DNA of 64,000 nucleotides from Candidatus Fervidifonticultor secundus (GTDB lineage Bacteria > Sysuimicrobiota > Sysuimicrobiia > Sysuimicrobiales > Humicultoraceae). Made by a program: the position numbers and the translations under genes. Below, in pieces: positions 1 through 10,652 of the stretch. The DNA is taken from contig JAVKIP010000008.1 in NCBI GenBank assembly GCA_031459385.1, positions 1 through 64,000 on the forward strand. Reading direction: 5' to 3'. The notes under the pieces are model-generated. The model searched no databases. It saw only the letters and a list, made by a program, of their open reading frames with translations, and had not been told where the DNA came from. The stretch's first letter is position 1. The number at the start of each line of letters is the position of its first letter.

Positions 1-376
1 GCATGTGTGCGGGATAGACGTAGGCCATGGGGATCAAGCCGCCGCGGAGGAGGGCGGCGATCTTGTGGGCGTCAATCCGATCGTGTCTGGCCTTCCCTCC
101 GTGGATAGCCTTCATGTACAGGGCGTGGCCGAGTACAAAGGGAATCCCCTCCCGCTCACAGAGGTCGGCGAGCCAGTACCAGGCGAACATGCACTCGACG
201 GCCACGGCGATATCCGGGCGGTACGGGGCGATGATCCGGAGGAACGCCTCCGGGCTGGCGCTGAGGTTCTGGTGGACCTGGACGTCTCCGGCCTGGTCGA
301 GGACACAGACGTAGAGGGATCGGGCGTGGAGATCGACACCGCAGTAGTACCGGTGCTGTTGGGTGTAGAATCTCAT
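1..376 (-). mobile_element. IS110-family (DEDD) transposase/recombinase, N-terminal 125 aa; truncated by window edge
   Basis: Manual translation from ATG 376: MRFYTQQHRYYCGVDLHARSLYVCVLD...VAVECMFAWYWLADLC...KARHDRIDAHKIAALLRGG. GxDxH, E and DxxDA match the RuvC-like DEDD residues. SD AGGAGGAG at 383-390. Not in the ORF track. Confidence 0.9.
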
Positions 377-460
377 CGAGGTCTCCTCCTCTCGGGTTGG
401 ATGCCACCACCACCCAGCATACGATTCTGCATGCTGAGGAGGAGGCCTCAATGAGTATCA
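377..460 (-). promoter_or_regulatory. IS110 upstream non-coding end; structured and covering the transposase SD
   Basis: 378-391 gaggtctcctcctc pairs with 436-449 gaggaggaggcctc (1 mismatch); inner hairpin cagcat/atgctg at 415-436. Confidence 0.6.
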
Positions 461-524
<64 letters not shown>

Positions 525-797
525 AGACAGGAACGGAGGTTGGTGTCCGTGGGCGCTCTCCAAAATGCCACGGCGCATCATGCTATCGTTCGCCTTTTCG
601 GCAAACCGAACGCAAGAAGACAGTTCTGTGAATGGAGAAGAAGGAGGTACTCCGGTTCCTCGGACCGTGCCCCGCCGCGTCTTTCAATGCGTGGTCGTCG
701 TTGCTGCCGCCGCGGCCAGGGGTGTAGTGTGGGGAGCAGGTGCGCGGGTCGGCGCTGCCCGAGATCGGTGCCGGCAGGTCGGGTGAGGAGGTACCTC

Positions 798-1025
798 GTG
801 GAAGCACGTGAGGAACAGCCATGCGAGGAGCAGGCGCTGGGCGACGTGCTCGTGACCCTGGCGCGGTGGATCGGCCAGCCGGTGGACAAGGAGGCCGTCG
901 CGCGGGTAAGCACGATCGTGGCCGGCTCGCTGCGCGACTGGAGGGCACTGGCGGGCGCCACGCCTCCCGAGACGGAGCCGATGTGGTGCGGCCGATGGCT
1001 GGAGGCCGGCGATGCGCAGCCATGA
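798..1025 (+). CDS. Small (75 aa) amidase-associated protein, possibly GatC/AtzG-like
   Basis: SD GAGGAGG at 785-791, GTG 798; stop overlaps the amidase start; C-terminal ETEP motif. Confidence 0.5.
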   Translation: MEAREEQPCEEQALGDVLVTLARWIGQPVDKEAVARVSTIVAGSLRDWRALAGATPPETEPMWCGRWLEAGDAQP

Positions 1026-2454
1026 TCTCGACCGGCTGACGCTCGCCGACCTCGCCCGGGCGATCCGCAGGCGTCAGGTCTCGCCGGTCGAGGTCACGGA
1101 AGCGTGCGTGGAGCGGATCGAACGCGTCGACCCTGCCCTCAACGCATTCGTCACGCGGACCCCCGAGCGCGCGCTCGCCGATGCGCGCCGGGCGGAGCAG
1201 GAGATCGCGCAGGGCCGCTGGCGTGGTCCGCTGCACGGTGTGCCCATCGCCCTGAAGGACCTCTTCGCCACGGCCGGGATCCGCACGACGTGCGGCTCCC
1301 GGGTACTGCGTGACTGGGTGCCCGCAGCAGACGCGACCGTCGTGCAGCGGCTGGCGGACGCCGGCGCCGTGCTGCTGGGCAAGCTCAACATGAGCGAGTT
1401 CGCCTACGGCGATATCCACCCGGAGTTCGGCGCGCCGCGGAACCCCTGGAACCTCGAGCGGTTCACGGGCGGGTCGAGCAGCGGGTCTGCCGCCGCAGTC
1501 GCCGCAGGGCTGTGCTTCGGGTCGCTGGGGACCGACACCGGCGGCTCGATCCGCGGGCCCGCCGCGCACTGCGCGATCGTCGGACTCAAACCCACCTATG
1601 GCCTGGTGAGCCGGGCGGGCGTCATCCCGCTCTCGTGGTCGCTGGACCACGTCGGGCCCATGGCGCGCACAGCCGAGGACGCGGCGATCCTGCTGGATGC
1701 GATTGCGGGCGTCGACCCGGCCGACCCCACGTCCGCGACCGGGCCGGCCCCCATCCGGCGGCGGTCCCTGCGGGCCCTGGTGCAGGAGGTGCGCACGCTG
1801 CGCGTGGGCGTGCTGGCGGCGTTCCTGGATGGCGGCACCGCTCCCGACGTGGCGGCCCGTGTCCGCGACGCCATCGCCGTCCTGCGGCCTCTCGTCGGCG
1901 CGGTGGAGGAGGTGGCGCTGCCGCATGCCGACGAGATCATCCCCGCCTGGTGGACGATCTGCCTGGCGGAGGCGTCAGCGTACCACCAGCTGACGCTGGC
2001 GCGGCAGCCGGAGGACTACAGCGAGCCGGTACGGGAGCGGTTGCTGGCGGGCCTCGCGATTCCCGCGGTGCAGTATCTGCAGGCACAGCGGGTGCGGCGG
2101 GTGATCGTGCAGGCCTGCGCTGCGCTGTTCAGGCGCGTCGACCTCCTCGTCCTTCCGACGGCACCGAAGGAAGCGCCGACCATCTCGGCGGTGATGAGCG
2201 GCGGTCCCTGGGACGTGCTCCGGGAGCGGATCCGCGCGACCGCGCCGTTCAACCTGACCGGCCTGCCGGCCGTCTCGGTGCCGTGCGGGTTCACGGCGTC
2301 GGGGTTGCCCGTGGGGCTCCAGATCGTTGGCGCGCGCTTCGCTGACCGCATGGTCCTGGCCGCGGCCCACGCCTTCGAGCGCGCGGCGGGCTGGTGGACG
2401 CGCCGACCGCCGGTGGAGGCCGGCGAGCGCCTGCCGCGCGCGGCCACGCGGTGA
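1012..2454 (+). CDS. Amidase-signature family protein (GatA/AtzE-like)
   Basis: GVPIALKD, GGSSSGSAAAV and GTDTGGSIRGPA give the Ser-cisSer-Lys triad. Confidence 0.93.
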   Translation: MRSHDLDRLTLADLARAIRRRQVSPVEVTEACVERIERVDPALNAFVTRTPERALADARRAEQEIAQGRWRGPLHGVPIALKDLFATAGIRTTCGSRVLRDWVPAADATVVQRLADAGAVLLGKLNMSEFAYGDIHPEFGAPRNPWNLERFTGGSSSGSAAAVAAGLCFGSLGTDTGGSIRGPAAHCAIVGLKPTYGLVSRAGVIPLSWSLDHVGPMARTAEDAAILLDAIAGVDPADPTSATGPAPIRRRSLRALVQEVRTLRVGVLAAFLDGGTAPDVAARVRDAIAVLRPLVGAVEEVALPHADEIIPAWWTICLAEASAYHQLTLARQPEDYSEPVRERLLAGLAIPAVQYLQAQRVRRVIVQACAALFRRVDLLVLPTAPKEAPTISAVMSGGPWDVLRERIRATAPFNLTGLPAVSVPCGFTASGLPVGLQIVGARFADRMVLAAAHAFERAAGWWTRRPPVEAGERLPRAATR

Positions 2455-2671
2455 TCACACCCCGGCGCGCGTGGGAGGCACGCGCGGGAGGCCCGCCGCT
2501 GCTGCAGGCGGGAGCGGCCACCGGCGGTCAGGCCACGAAGGCGTCTTCTTCGGTCCTCCAGGTATGCAGGTCGGTCCTCGGCCGGGTGGATTTTCTCGGC
2601 CACCGCGCCCTACCATGGGGCTGCACTCTGTCTCGAGCCAGTCCCGCCGGCCCGCCGGGCGGAGGGTGACG

Positions 2672-3580
2672 GTGGACGTTTGCGTCGTCGGCAGCCTCAA
2701 CATGGACCTGGTCGTCAAAGCCCCCAGGCTACCCGAGGTAGGTGAGACGGTCACGGGAGGCACCTTCGCCATGTTCCCCGGGGGCAAGGGGGCGAACCAG
2801 GCGGTGGCCGCCGCGCGGCTGGGGGCTCGTGTGGCCATGGTCGGGCGCGTGGGGGCCGACGCCTTCGGCGAGCAGCTGGCAAGCGGCCTGCGCCGCGAGG
2901 GGATCGACGTGGCCCACGTGCGGGTCGATGCCGGGGCGGCCACCGGGGTCGCCTTTATCACGGTCGACGGCGCGGGCAGGAACACCATCGTGGTCGCCTC
3001 GGGCGCAAACATGCGCCTCGCGCCGCAAGATGTCGAGGCCGCCACGGAGGTGATCGGCCATGCCCGGGTACTCCTGGTGCAGCTCGAGGTCCCGGTGGAG
3101 ACCGTGCTGCGGGCGGTCCGCATCGCCCGTGCCCACGGTGCCCTGGTATGTCTGGACCCGGCGCCGGCGGCGCCGCTGCCGAACGAACTCCTGGCGCTGG
3201 TCGATGTCATCAACCCCAACGAGACCGAGGCACGCACGCTCACGGGGCAGCCGGTGGCGAGCCTGCCCGAGGTCCGTCGGGCAGCCGAGGCGCTGCTCGC
3301 CCGGGGCGTGGGCGCGGTCGTCGTGAAGCTCGGCGAGCGGGGCTCCTACTACCTCTCGGCCGTCGGCGGTGCCCACGTGCCCGCACGGCCGGTGGAGGCC
3401 GTGGACACCACGGCAGCCGGGGATGCGTTCGCGGCCGCGTTGGGCGTCGCGCTCGGCGAGGGCCGGCTGCTGCCCGATGCGGTGCAGTTCGCCACCCAGG
3501 CGGCAGCGTTGAAGGTGATGCGCATGGGCGCGCAGTCCCTGCCCACGCGCGCCGAGGTGGAGGAGGCCATGGCACGGTGA
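2672..3580 (+). CDS. rbsK: Ribokinase (PfkB family)
   Basis: [42 protein letters not shown] 2672 after GGAGG. Confidence 0.88.
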   Translation: MDVCVVGSLNMDLVVKAPRLPEVGETVTGGTFAMFPGGKGANQAVAAARLGARVAMVGRVGADAFGEQLASGLRREGIDVAHVRVDAGAATGVAFITVDGAGRNTIVVASGANMRLAPQDVEAATEVIGHARVLLVQLEVPVETVLRAVRIARAHGALVCLDPAPAAPLPNELLALVDVINPNETEARTLTGQPVASLPEVRRAAEALLARGVGAVVVKLGERGSYYLSAVGGAHVPARPVEAVDTTAAGDAFAAALGVALGEGRLLPDAVQFATQAAALKVMRMGAQSLPTRAEVEEAMAR

Positions 3581-3620
3581 CGCGAGCCGGCATGCGCGCC
3601 GCGCCGAAGACGGGAGGAGC

Positions 3621-4775
3621 GTGCCCGTGACAGCCGCCGCGGTCGTGGTGGGCGCCGGAGTCACCGGGTTGAGCATCGCCTACCATCTGGCGCGGCGCGG
3701 GGTGGGACGCGTGGTGGTGCTGGAGCGGGAGCGGATCGCCAGCGGCGCGACCGGCAAGAGCGTCGGCGGCATCCGCCAGCAGTTCTCGGACGAACTCAAC
3801 ATCCGGCTCGCGCGCCACAGCGCGGCCGTCTTCGAACGGTTCCGCGACGAGTTCGGGGTGGACTGCGACTTCCGCCAGCACGGCTACCTGATGCTGGCTA
3901 CCACGCCCGAGGAACAGGCGCTGTTCGAGCGCAACGTGCGCCTGCAGCGGTCGCTGGGCGTCCCGGTGGAGCTGCTGGGACCGGCCGAGGCCGGGCGGAT
4001 GGTGCCCGGCCTGCGCACGGACGACGTGCTGGTCGCGACGTTCTGCCCCCGCGACGGCTACGCCGATCCATACGCCGTGGCCATGGGCTACGCGGGGGCG
4101 GCACGACGGCTGGGCGTACAGATCCTCGAGGGCGCGGAGGTCGTCGGGATCCCGGTGCGCGCGGGCCGGGCGCGGGGCGTGGTGACCGCGATGAGAACGA
4201 TCGAGGCAGAGGTGGTGGTGAACGCGGCGGGCGCATGGGCCGCGCAGGTTGCGGCGCTGGCGGGCGTGGCCCTGCCCATCGAGGCCTACCGCCGGCAGGT
4301 GTTCGTCACCGGGCCGACCGACGTGCTGCCCGAGCGGCTGCCGCTGGTCATCGACTTCCGCACGCACTTCTACTTCCGGCGGGAAGGGGCCGGCGTGCTG
4401 GTCGGGATGACCGACCCGCACGAGCCCCCGGGGTTCCAGACCCACGTGGACTGGAGCTTCGCCGAGCGCGTCCTGACCCAGGCGCTGCACCGCATCCCGC
4501 CGCTGGCGAACGCCGCCGTGCTCCGCGGCTGGGCGGGACTCTACGACACGACGCCCGACGGCAACCCGATCCTGGGTCCCCTCCCGCAGGTGGAGAACCT
4601 CTTCGTGGCGGCAGGGTTCTCGGGCCACGGCTTCATGCAGTCGCCAGCCGTGGGCGAGGCGATCGCGGACCTCATCGTGGCCGGGCGCCCGAGCACCCCG
4701 GACCTCGACGTGGCGCCGTTTGGCGTCGCGCGGTTTGCGACGGGCGCGCTGCGCCGCGAGACGAACGTGATCTGA
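3621..4775 (+). CDS. FAD-dependent oxidoreductase (DAO / sarcosine oxidase beta-like)
   Basis: GAGVTG dinucleotide fold, [24 protein letters not shown]. Confidence 0.88.
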   Translation: MPVTAAAVVVGAGVTGLSIAYHLARRGVGRVVVLERERIASGATGKSVGGIRQQFSDELNIRLARHSAAVFERFRDEFGVDCDFRQHGYLMLATTPEEQALFERNVRLQRSLGVPVELLGPAEAGRMVPGLRTDDVLVATFCPRDGYADPYAVAMGYAGAARRLGVQILEGAEVVGIPVRAGRARGVVTAMRTIEAEVVVNAAGAWAAQVAALAGVALPIEAYRRQVFVTGPTDVLPERLPLVIDFRTHFYFRREGAGVLVGMTDPHEPPGFQTHVDWSFAERVLTQALHRIPPLANAAVLRGWAGLYDTTPDGNPILGPLPQVENLFVAAGFSGHGFMQSPAVGEAIADLIVAGRPSTPDLDVAPFGVARFATGALRRETNVI

Positions 4776-5010
4776 GGTCCCCTCGTAGATCGCGCTCGGC
4801 ATCGTCTGGGTCCTGCCCGGGATGTTGCCCGCGACGATCAGGGTTGTCCCGAAGTCGCCCAGAACGCGGGCGAAGGCCAGCGCCAGCCGTCACCGTACCC
4901 GCCGCGCCGCGCGTCTTACGGACTGAGATGGCCGGAGGAGTCGCTGCCGGCGCAGAGAAGCAAGCGGCGGCGGGCACAAGAGCTGCGGTGTGTCCGAGAG
5001 GAGGGCAGGG

Positions 5011-6690
5011 ATGAACGACGATAGTCAGTCGCTCGAAGAGATCGCGCGCGCTGTGGGAGGACGCGGTGGAAGCCCGGGACAGCGGCGAGCACTGGCACGG
5101 CTGGTCGAGGCCCTGTCCAGCGAGGCGATGAGCCGGCGGGAGTTCCTCCAGCGGTCGGCGGCCCTGGGGATCTCCGTGGCGGCGGCGCAGCACCTGCTGG
5201 GGGCTCTGCCCCGCGCCGACGCCGCCGCAGCCCCCAGGCGCGGTGGCGTCCTGAAGGCTGCCTTTTCCGCGGACCCCGCCGGATTCGACCCCGTGCGCGG
5301 CCCCAGCGGGATGTCCCACGTGGTGATCGAGCAGGTGTACTCGACCCTCATGGCGCTCGACCCCGATGCCCGGCCGTACCCGGAACTGGCCGAGTCGTAT
5401 ACGGTGTCCAACGACGGCCTCGCGTATACGTTCAGGCTGCGTCGCGGCGTGCGCTTCCACAACGGGGACGAGCTGACGTCGGCCGACGTCAAGTTCACGT
5501 TCGATCGCCTGCGCGCACCCAACTCCGGGTACTCCTACGGCGCGCAGGTGGAGACCATCAAGAGCGTCGATGCCGTGGACACGTACACGGTGCGGTTCAA
5601 CCTGACCAAGCGCACGGGGCCATTCCTGATCTACATGGCGTTCCCCGGCTCGTCGATCGTGCCCAAGAAGCTCGTGGAATCCGGCCACGACCTCAACGCC
5701 CGACCGGTGGGCACAGGTCCGTTCAAGTTCGTCTCCTACGAACCTCGCAACGCCATCAAGTTCGAGCGCAACCCGAACTACTTCGAGCGCGGCAAGCCGT
5801 ACTTCGACGCCATGGAGTACCGCATCATTGCCGACATCACCGCTCTGACCAACGCGCTGCTGTCGGGCGTCGTGAACTTCTCCAACGAGATCCCGCCCAA
5901 GGACTTCGCGAAGGTCAAGGCCAACCCCGACCTGGTGGCGCTGACGCTGGAAGGGTCGCGGTACCACTGGTTGCTGCCCAACAACAAGAAGGCGCCGCTG
6001 GACAACCCCAAGGTCCGCCAGGCGATCTCGTACGCCATCGACCGCAGGGCGCTGGTGGAGGGGGCGTTCTTCGGCCTGGCGACGCCCATCATGGGCGGCG
6101 TGATCCCGAAGTGGAACTGGGGCTACGCGGACCTGCAGTTCGTCCCGCCGCGGGGCGATCCCGAGAAGGCCAAGGCCCTGCTGGCCGAGGCGGGCTACCC
6201 CAACGGCTTCGACACGTCCATGACGCTCCCGTCCTCGTTCCCGAACATCATGGCCATGGGACCGATCGTTCAATCGAACCTGGCGAAGGCGGGCATCCGG
6301 GTCAAGCTCGGCTCGATGGAGATCCCGCGGTACTGGGACGAGGTGTGGAGCACCAGCAACTTCGATCTGACCATGATGTACTGGCTGAGCCCGCTGGCCG
6401 ACCCCGACGACTTCGTGACCAACAACTACAAGTGCGGGATGGCGATCAACGTCCAGAAGTACTGCAACAAGGAGATGGATACGCTCCTGGAGCAGGCGAA
6501 GAGCGCGGCCTCGCAGGAGGCCCGGAAGACGCTGTACGCGAGGATGCAGGACCTCTCGATGCGGGACATGCCCATCGTGCCGCTGGTCAACGGCTGGCTG
6601 CTCATCGGGCACACGAAGAAGCTCAGGAACTATCGCCCCATGCGAACGGGCTTCCTCAAGACGTTGAAGGACGCGTGGCTAGAAGGCTGA
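5011..6690 (+). CDS. Dpp/Opp family 5 ABC substrate-binding protein, Tat-exported
   Basis: SRREFLQR Tat motif; LAESYTVS..YTFRLRRGVRFHNG, PVGTGPFKF, VRQAISYAIDR. Alternative start ATG 5128. Confidence 0.92.
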   Translation: MNDDSQSLEEIARAVGGRGGSPGQRRALARLVEALSSEAMSRREFLQRSAALGISVAAAQHLLGALPRADAAAAPRRGGVLKAAFSADPAGFDPVRGPSGMSHVVIEQVYSTLMALDPDARPYPELAESYTVSNDGLAYTFRLRRGVRFHNGDELTSADVKFTFDRLRAPNSGYSYGAQVETIKSVDAVDTYTVRFNLTKRTGPFLIYMAFPGSSIVPKKLVESGHDLNARPVGTGPFKFVSYEPRNAIKFERNPNYFERGKPYFDAMEYRIIADITALTNALLSGVVNFSNEIPPKDFAKVKANPDLVALTLEGSRYHWLLPNNKKAPLDNPKVRQAISYAIDRRALVEGAFFGLATPIMGGVIPKWNWGYADLQFVPPRGDPEKAKALLAEAGYPNGFDTSMTLPSSFPNIMAMGPIVQSNLAKAGIRVKLGSMEIPRYWDEVWSTSNFDLTMMYWLSPLADPDDFVTNNYKCGMAINVQKYCNKEMDTLLEQAKSAASQEARKTLYARMQDLSMRDMPIVPLVNGWLLIGHTKKLRNYRPMRTGFLKTLKDAWLEG

Positions 6691-6787
6691 GTGCTTCGGC
6701 GGCGGGCCGGAGCCGGGCCCACGTGGGCCTGCGCCCCCGGCCCGCCGGCATGCCGGCCCGCGGGATCCCGCATGGTGCGGGCGGACG

Positions 6788-7744
6788 ATGTGGCGCCTGA
6801 TCGCGCTCCGGCTCGCGGCCTTCGTCCCGACCCTCCTGGCCACGTCGATGGTGCTCTTCCTGACCGTCAACGTGATCCCGGGCTCGGCGGCGAAGGCGGC
6901 GCTGGGCATCGACGCGACACCGCAGGCGATCGCGCGGTTCGAGCACGAGCAGGGCCTCGATCGGCCCCTGCACGTGCAGTACCTGGACTGGCTGGGAAAG
7001 GCGGTGCGGGGGAACTTCGGCACGTCTTTTCAGAACCACACGCCGGTGGGCCCCGAGCTGCTTAGACGGCTGCCGGTGACCCTGGAGCTCGCCGCACTGG
7101 CCTTCCTGATTGCCAACCTCATCGCGGTGCCGCTGGGGGCCCTCGCCGCCTACCACCACCAGCGGCGGACCGACACCCTGGTGACGTTGGTGGCGACGCT
7201 TGCGGGCGCGGTGCCCAACTTCTGGCTGGCCACGCTGCTCATCCTGGTCCTGGCCTTGCGCGTCCACTGGCTGCCGGCCGGCGGGTACGTGCCCCTGACC
7301 GACGATGCCGTCCGGAACCTGGAACTGATGCTCATGCCGGCGCTATCGCTCGGGGTCGTCTCCTCGGCGCTGCTGCTGCGCATCATGCGGGCGAAGATGA
7401 TCGAGGTGCTCTCCTCCGACTACATCAGGACGGCCATCGCCAAGGGGGCCGCGCCGGGAGTGCTGCTGTGGCGCCACGCGCTGCGCAACGCCCTGATCAC
7501 GTTCCTGACCGTCGGTGCCGTGGAGTTCGGCTGGCTGTTCGGCGGCGTCGTGATCATCGAGGATATCTTCCTGCTGCCGGGCGTGGGCCAGCTGGTGCTG
7601 GTGGGCATCATCAACCGCGACTACCCGGTGCTGCTGGCCAGCGCCCTGACCGTGACGGTGGTGGTGCTCACGACCAACATGGCGGTGGACCTGCTGGCGG
7701 CAGTGCTGGATCCCCGGCAGGTGCACGGGAGGGCGCGCGGGTGA
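6788..7744 (+). CDS. Dpp/Opp ABC permease (DppB-like)
   Basis: GLDRPLHVQY, DYIRTAIAKG, HALRNAL, RDYPV. Confidence 0.92.
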   Translation: MWRLIALRLAAFVPTLLATSMVLFLTVNVIPGSAAKAALGIDATPQAIARFEHEQGLDRPLHVQYLDWLGKAVRGNFGTSFQNHTPVGPELLRRLPVTLELAALAFLIANLIAVPLGALAAYHHQRRTDTLVTLVATLAGAVPNFWLATLLILVLALRVHWLPAGGYVPLTDDAVRNLELMLMPALSLGVVSSALLLRIMRAKMIEVLSSDYIRTAIAKGAAPGVLLWRHALRNALITFLTVGAVEFGWLFGGVVIIEDIFLLPGVGQLVLVGIINRDYPVLLASALTVTVVVLTTNMAVDLLAAVLDPRQVHGRARG

Positions 7745-8613
7745 GGGCGGATCTGGCCGCGCCGTCCCCGCGGCTCGGGAGGCTGGCCGCGGTGCCCTGG
7801 CAGCGCTACCGGCTGCTGGCGGTCGGAGGCGGGCTGGTGGCGCTGGTGCTGTGCTCCGCGGTATTTGCCGACGTGCTGACGCCCTACTCGCCCTACGACG
7901 TCGACGTCATGGTCAAGCTGCAGCCGCCGAGCCGCCAGCACTGGCTGGGCACCGACGAGTTTGGCCGCGACGTGTTGTCGCGCACGGTCCACGCGGCGCG
8001 GATCTCGATCAAGGTGGCCGGCGTGGCCGTGACCGTCGGGGCCGTGGGTGGGGCGATCATCGGGATCACGGCCGCCTACTTCGGCGGCGTGGTGGACATG
8101 GTGCTGATGCGGTGCATGGAACTGCTGTTCTCGTTCCCCGCTATCCTCCTGGCCATTGTGCTGATGGCCGTGCTGGGGACGTCGCTGCTGAACGCCATGA
8201 CGGCCATCGGTATCATCTTCATCCCGGGCTTTTCGCGCCTGGCGCGGGCGGCCACTCAGGAGGTGCTGCGGCAGCCCTATATTGAGGTGGCCCACACCAT
8301 CGGGATGTCGGACCTGCGGATCCTGGGCCGCGAGGTCCTGCCCAACGTCGTCACCCCGCTGATCGTGGAAGCCATGGCGGCGTTTGCCTACGCGGTGCTG
8401 CTGGAGTCCTCGCTGTCGTTTCTCGGGCTGGGGGCGCAACCGCCCGAGCCGTCGTGGGGGAACATGCTCAGCGCCGGGCGCGGCTTCATGGATCAGGCGC
8501 CGTGGCTGGGCATCGTGCCGGGGGCGGCCATGTTCATCGGCGTCCTGGGCTTCAACCTGCTGGGAGATGGTCTGCGTGACGTCTTCGACCCGCGCCTGAA
8601 GGAGGCGCCGTGA
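7741..8613 (+). CDS. Dpp/Opp ABC permease (DppC-like)
   Basis: HWLGTDEFGRDVLSR, ESSLSFLGLG, PSWGNML, LGDGLRD; GTGA overlap with the upstream gene. Confidence 0.92.
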   Translation: MRADLAAPSPRLGRLAAVPWQRYRLLAVGGGLVALVLCSAVFADVLTPYSPYDVDVMVKLQPPSRQHWLGTDEFGRDVLSRTVHAARISIKVAGVAVTVGAVGGAIIGITAAYFGGVVDMVLMRCMELLFSFPAILLAIVLMAVLGTSLLNAMTAIGIIFIPGFSRLARAATQEVLRQPYIEVAHTIGMSDLRILGREVLPNVVTPLIVEAMAAFAYAVLLESSLSFLGLGAQPPEPSWGNMLSAGRGFMDQAPWLGIVPGAAMFIGVLGFNLLGDGLRDVFDPRLKEAP

Positions 8614-9617
8614 GCCCGCACGGCCGAGCCCATCGCCGCAGCGACCGCCCGCCGACGCTGGCCATCCGGGACCTCACCATCACGCTGCGCGGTCGCGGCC
8701 GCGAGGGCGTCGCGGTGGACGGCATCTCGCTGGAGGTCTGGCCGGGCGAGATCGTCGGGCTCATCGGCGAGTCAGGGAGCGGCAAGACCATGACGGCACT
8801 GGCCGTGCTGGGCCTGCTGCCGCGGGCCGCGCGCATCGCGCACGGCGATATCGTCCTGAGCGGGCGCTCGCTGCGGGGCTTGCCCGACCACCAGCTGCGG
8901 ACGCTCCGGGGGAGTCGGATCGCCATGATTCCCCAGAATCCCACGGCGGCCCTGAATCCGGTCCTGCGGGTGGGCGTGCAGGTGGGCGAACCGTTCGTGC
9001 TGCACCGCCGCCTGCCGTGGCGCGAGGCGCTGGCCCAGGCCGTGCGGCGCCTGGGCGACGTCCACCTGCCGGCCCCCGGCGATCGGGCGCGGGAGTACCC
9101 GCACCAGTTCAGCGGGGGCATGCAGCAGCGTGCCATGACCGCCATGGCCACCGCCCTGGAGCCGGAACTGCTCGTCGCCGACGAACCCACCACGGCCCTG
9201 GACGTCACGATCCAGGCTCAGGTGCTGCGGCTGCTGCGCGAGATCCGCGATGTGCACGGCACCGCCATCCTGTTCATCACCCACGATCTCGGCGTGGTGG
9301 CCGAGGTGTGCGACTGGGTGTACGTGATGTACGCTGGGCGGATTCTGGAAACCGCCTCGGTCGTCGAGCTCTTCGCCAGGCCACGGCATCCATACACGCA
9401 GGCGCTGCTGCGGGCCACACCCGTCGTCGAGAGCGCACCGACGGAGCTGCTGGCGATCCCGGGGATGATTCCCTCGCCGTTCGAGCTGCCCCAGGGCTGT
9501 CGGTTCGCCGACCGGTGCCCGCTGCGGTTCCCCCGGTGCGATGCCGAGCCCCCGCTGCTGCAGGCGGAGGCCGAGCACGCGGCGCGCTGCTGGCTCGTCG
9601 AGGCTGCGCATGCCTGA
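8610..9617 (+). CDS. Oligopeptide ABC ATPase (DppD-like)
   Basis: GESGSGKT, YPHQFSGGMQQR, DEPTTALD, C-terminal CRFADRC. Confidence 0.93.
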   Translation: MSPHGRAHRRSDRPPTLAIRDLTITLRGRGREGVAVDGISLEVWPGEIVGLIGESGSGKTMTALAVLGLLPRAARIAHGDIVLSGRSLRGLPDHQLRTLRGSRIAMIPQNPTAALNPVLRVGVQVGEPFVLHRRLPWREALAQAVRRLGDVHLPAPGDRAREYPHQFSGGMQQRAMTAMATALEPELLVADEPTTALDVTIQAQVLRLLREIRDVHGTAILFITHDLGVVAEVCDWVYVMYAGRILETASVVELFARPRHPYTQALLRATPVVESAPTELLAIPGMIPSPFELPQGCRFADRCPLRFPRCDAEPPLLQAEAEHAARCWLVEAAHA

Positions 9618-10626
9618 CCCGCTGCTGCGCATCGAGAACGTGTCGAAGACGTTCGAGGTGGCACGGGCGCTGTGGGGGCGCCGCCAGCTCCGCGCGGTCG
9701 ACCACGTGGACCTCGTCCTGGACAGCGGCCGGACCCTGGGGGTCGTGGGCGAATCGGGGTCGGGGAAGTCCACGCTGTGCCGCCTCGTGCTGGGGCTGCT
9801 GCGGCCCACGACTGGCCGCGTGCTGTTCGAGGGCCGCGACCTGGCGCGCCTGTCGGCGGGCGAACTCCGACGGGTGCGCCGCCGGATGCAGGCCGTCTTC
9901 CAGGACACCGCCTCGGCCTTCAACCCGCGGCAGACGGTGCGCGACGCGCTCCTGGCGCCGCTGGACGTCCACGGCATCGGCACCCCGCGGGAGCGGCTGG
10001 GCCGGGTGCGCGAGGCGCTGTACCACGTGGGACTGGACGAGTCGTTCCTGGAGCGCCATCCGCACATGCTGAGCGGCGGGCAGCGTCAGCGGGTCGCCAT
10101 CGCCCGCGCGATCATCCTGCGCCCGTCGCTGGTCATCGCCGACGAGCCCACGTCGGCGCTGGACGTCTCGGTGCAGGCCCGCATCCTGAACCTGTTCAGG
10201 GACATCCAGCGCGAGCTGGGGCTGACGTACCTCTTCGTCAGCCACAACCTGGGCGTCATCCGCTACGTGAGCGACGTCGTGGCGGTCATGTACCTGGGAC
10301 GCGTCGTCGAGGTCGGGCCGGTCGCGCAGGTCTTCGCCGCGCCCCGGCACCCGTACACGCGGGCGCTGCTGGCGTCGATCCCGCACCCCGACCCCGCACG
10401 CCGTCAGCGGGAGCTGCCGGTGCTGGGCGAGCTGCCCGGCGCCTACCAGGTGCCCCCCGGCTGCCGGTTCCATCCCCGCTGCCCGGTGGCGATGCCGGCG
10501 TGCGCCCAGGAGGATCCCCCGCTGTACCACGTCGGTCCGGACCACCGTGCCGCCTGCCTGTGGCACGATGCCCGCTTCGCGGGGGCAGCGCCGGGCGCGC
10601 TCGTCGGCGAGAAGGTCACGTCGTAG
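9610..10626 (+). CDS. Oligopeptide ABC ATPase (DppF-like)
   Basis: GESGSGKS, LSGGQRQR, DEPTSALD, GCRFHPRC. Confidence 0.93.
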   Translation: MPDPLLRIENVSKTFEVARALWGRRQLRAVDHVDLVLDSGRTLGVVGESGSGKSTLCRLVLGLLRPTTGRVLFEGRDLARLSAGELRRVRRRMQAVFQDTASAFNPRQTVRDALLAPLDVHGIGTPRERLGRVREALYHVGLDESFLERHPHMLSGGQRQRVAIARAIILRPSLVIADEPTSALDVSVQARILNLFRDIQRELGLTYLFVSHNLGVIRYVSDVVAVMYLGRVVEVGPVAQVFAAPRHPYTRALLASIPHPDPARRQRELPVLGELPGAYQVPPGCRFHPRCPVAMPACAQEDPPLYHVGPDHRAACLWHDARFAGAAPGALVGEKVTS

Positions 10627-10652
10627 CAACCGCACGAAGGAGGGGGGAGGAC

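Noticed and set aside
525..727. Lower-GC stretch after the attC-like site with a 31-aa ORF (632-727), as an intact gene cassette
   Set aside because: No recognisable product and no closing attC; at most a remnant
6691..6787. GC-rich palindromic intergenic stretch as an ncRNA or REP element
   Set aside because: Short palindromes are expected at this GC content and I found no second copy; at most an mRNA-stabilising hairpin after the binding-protein gene
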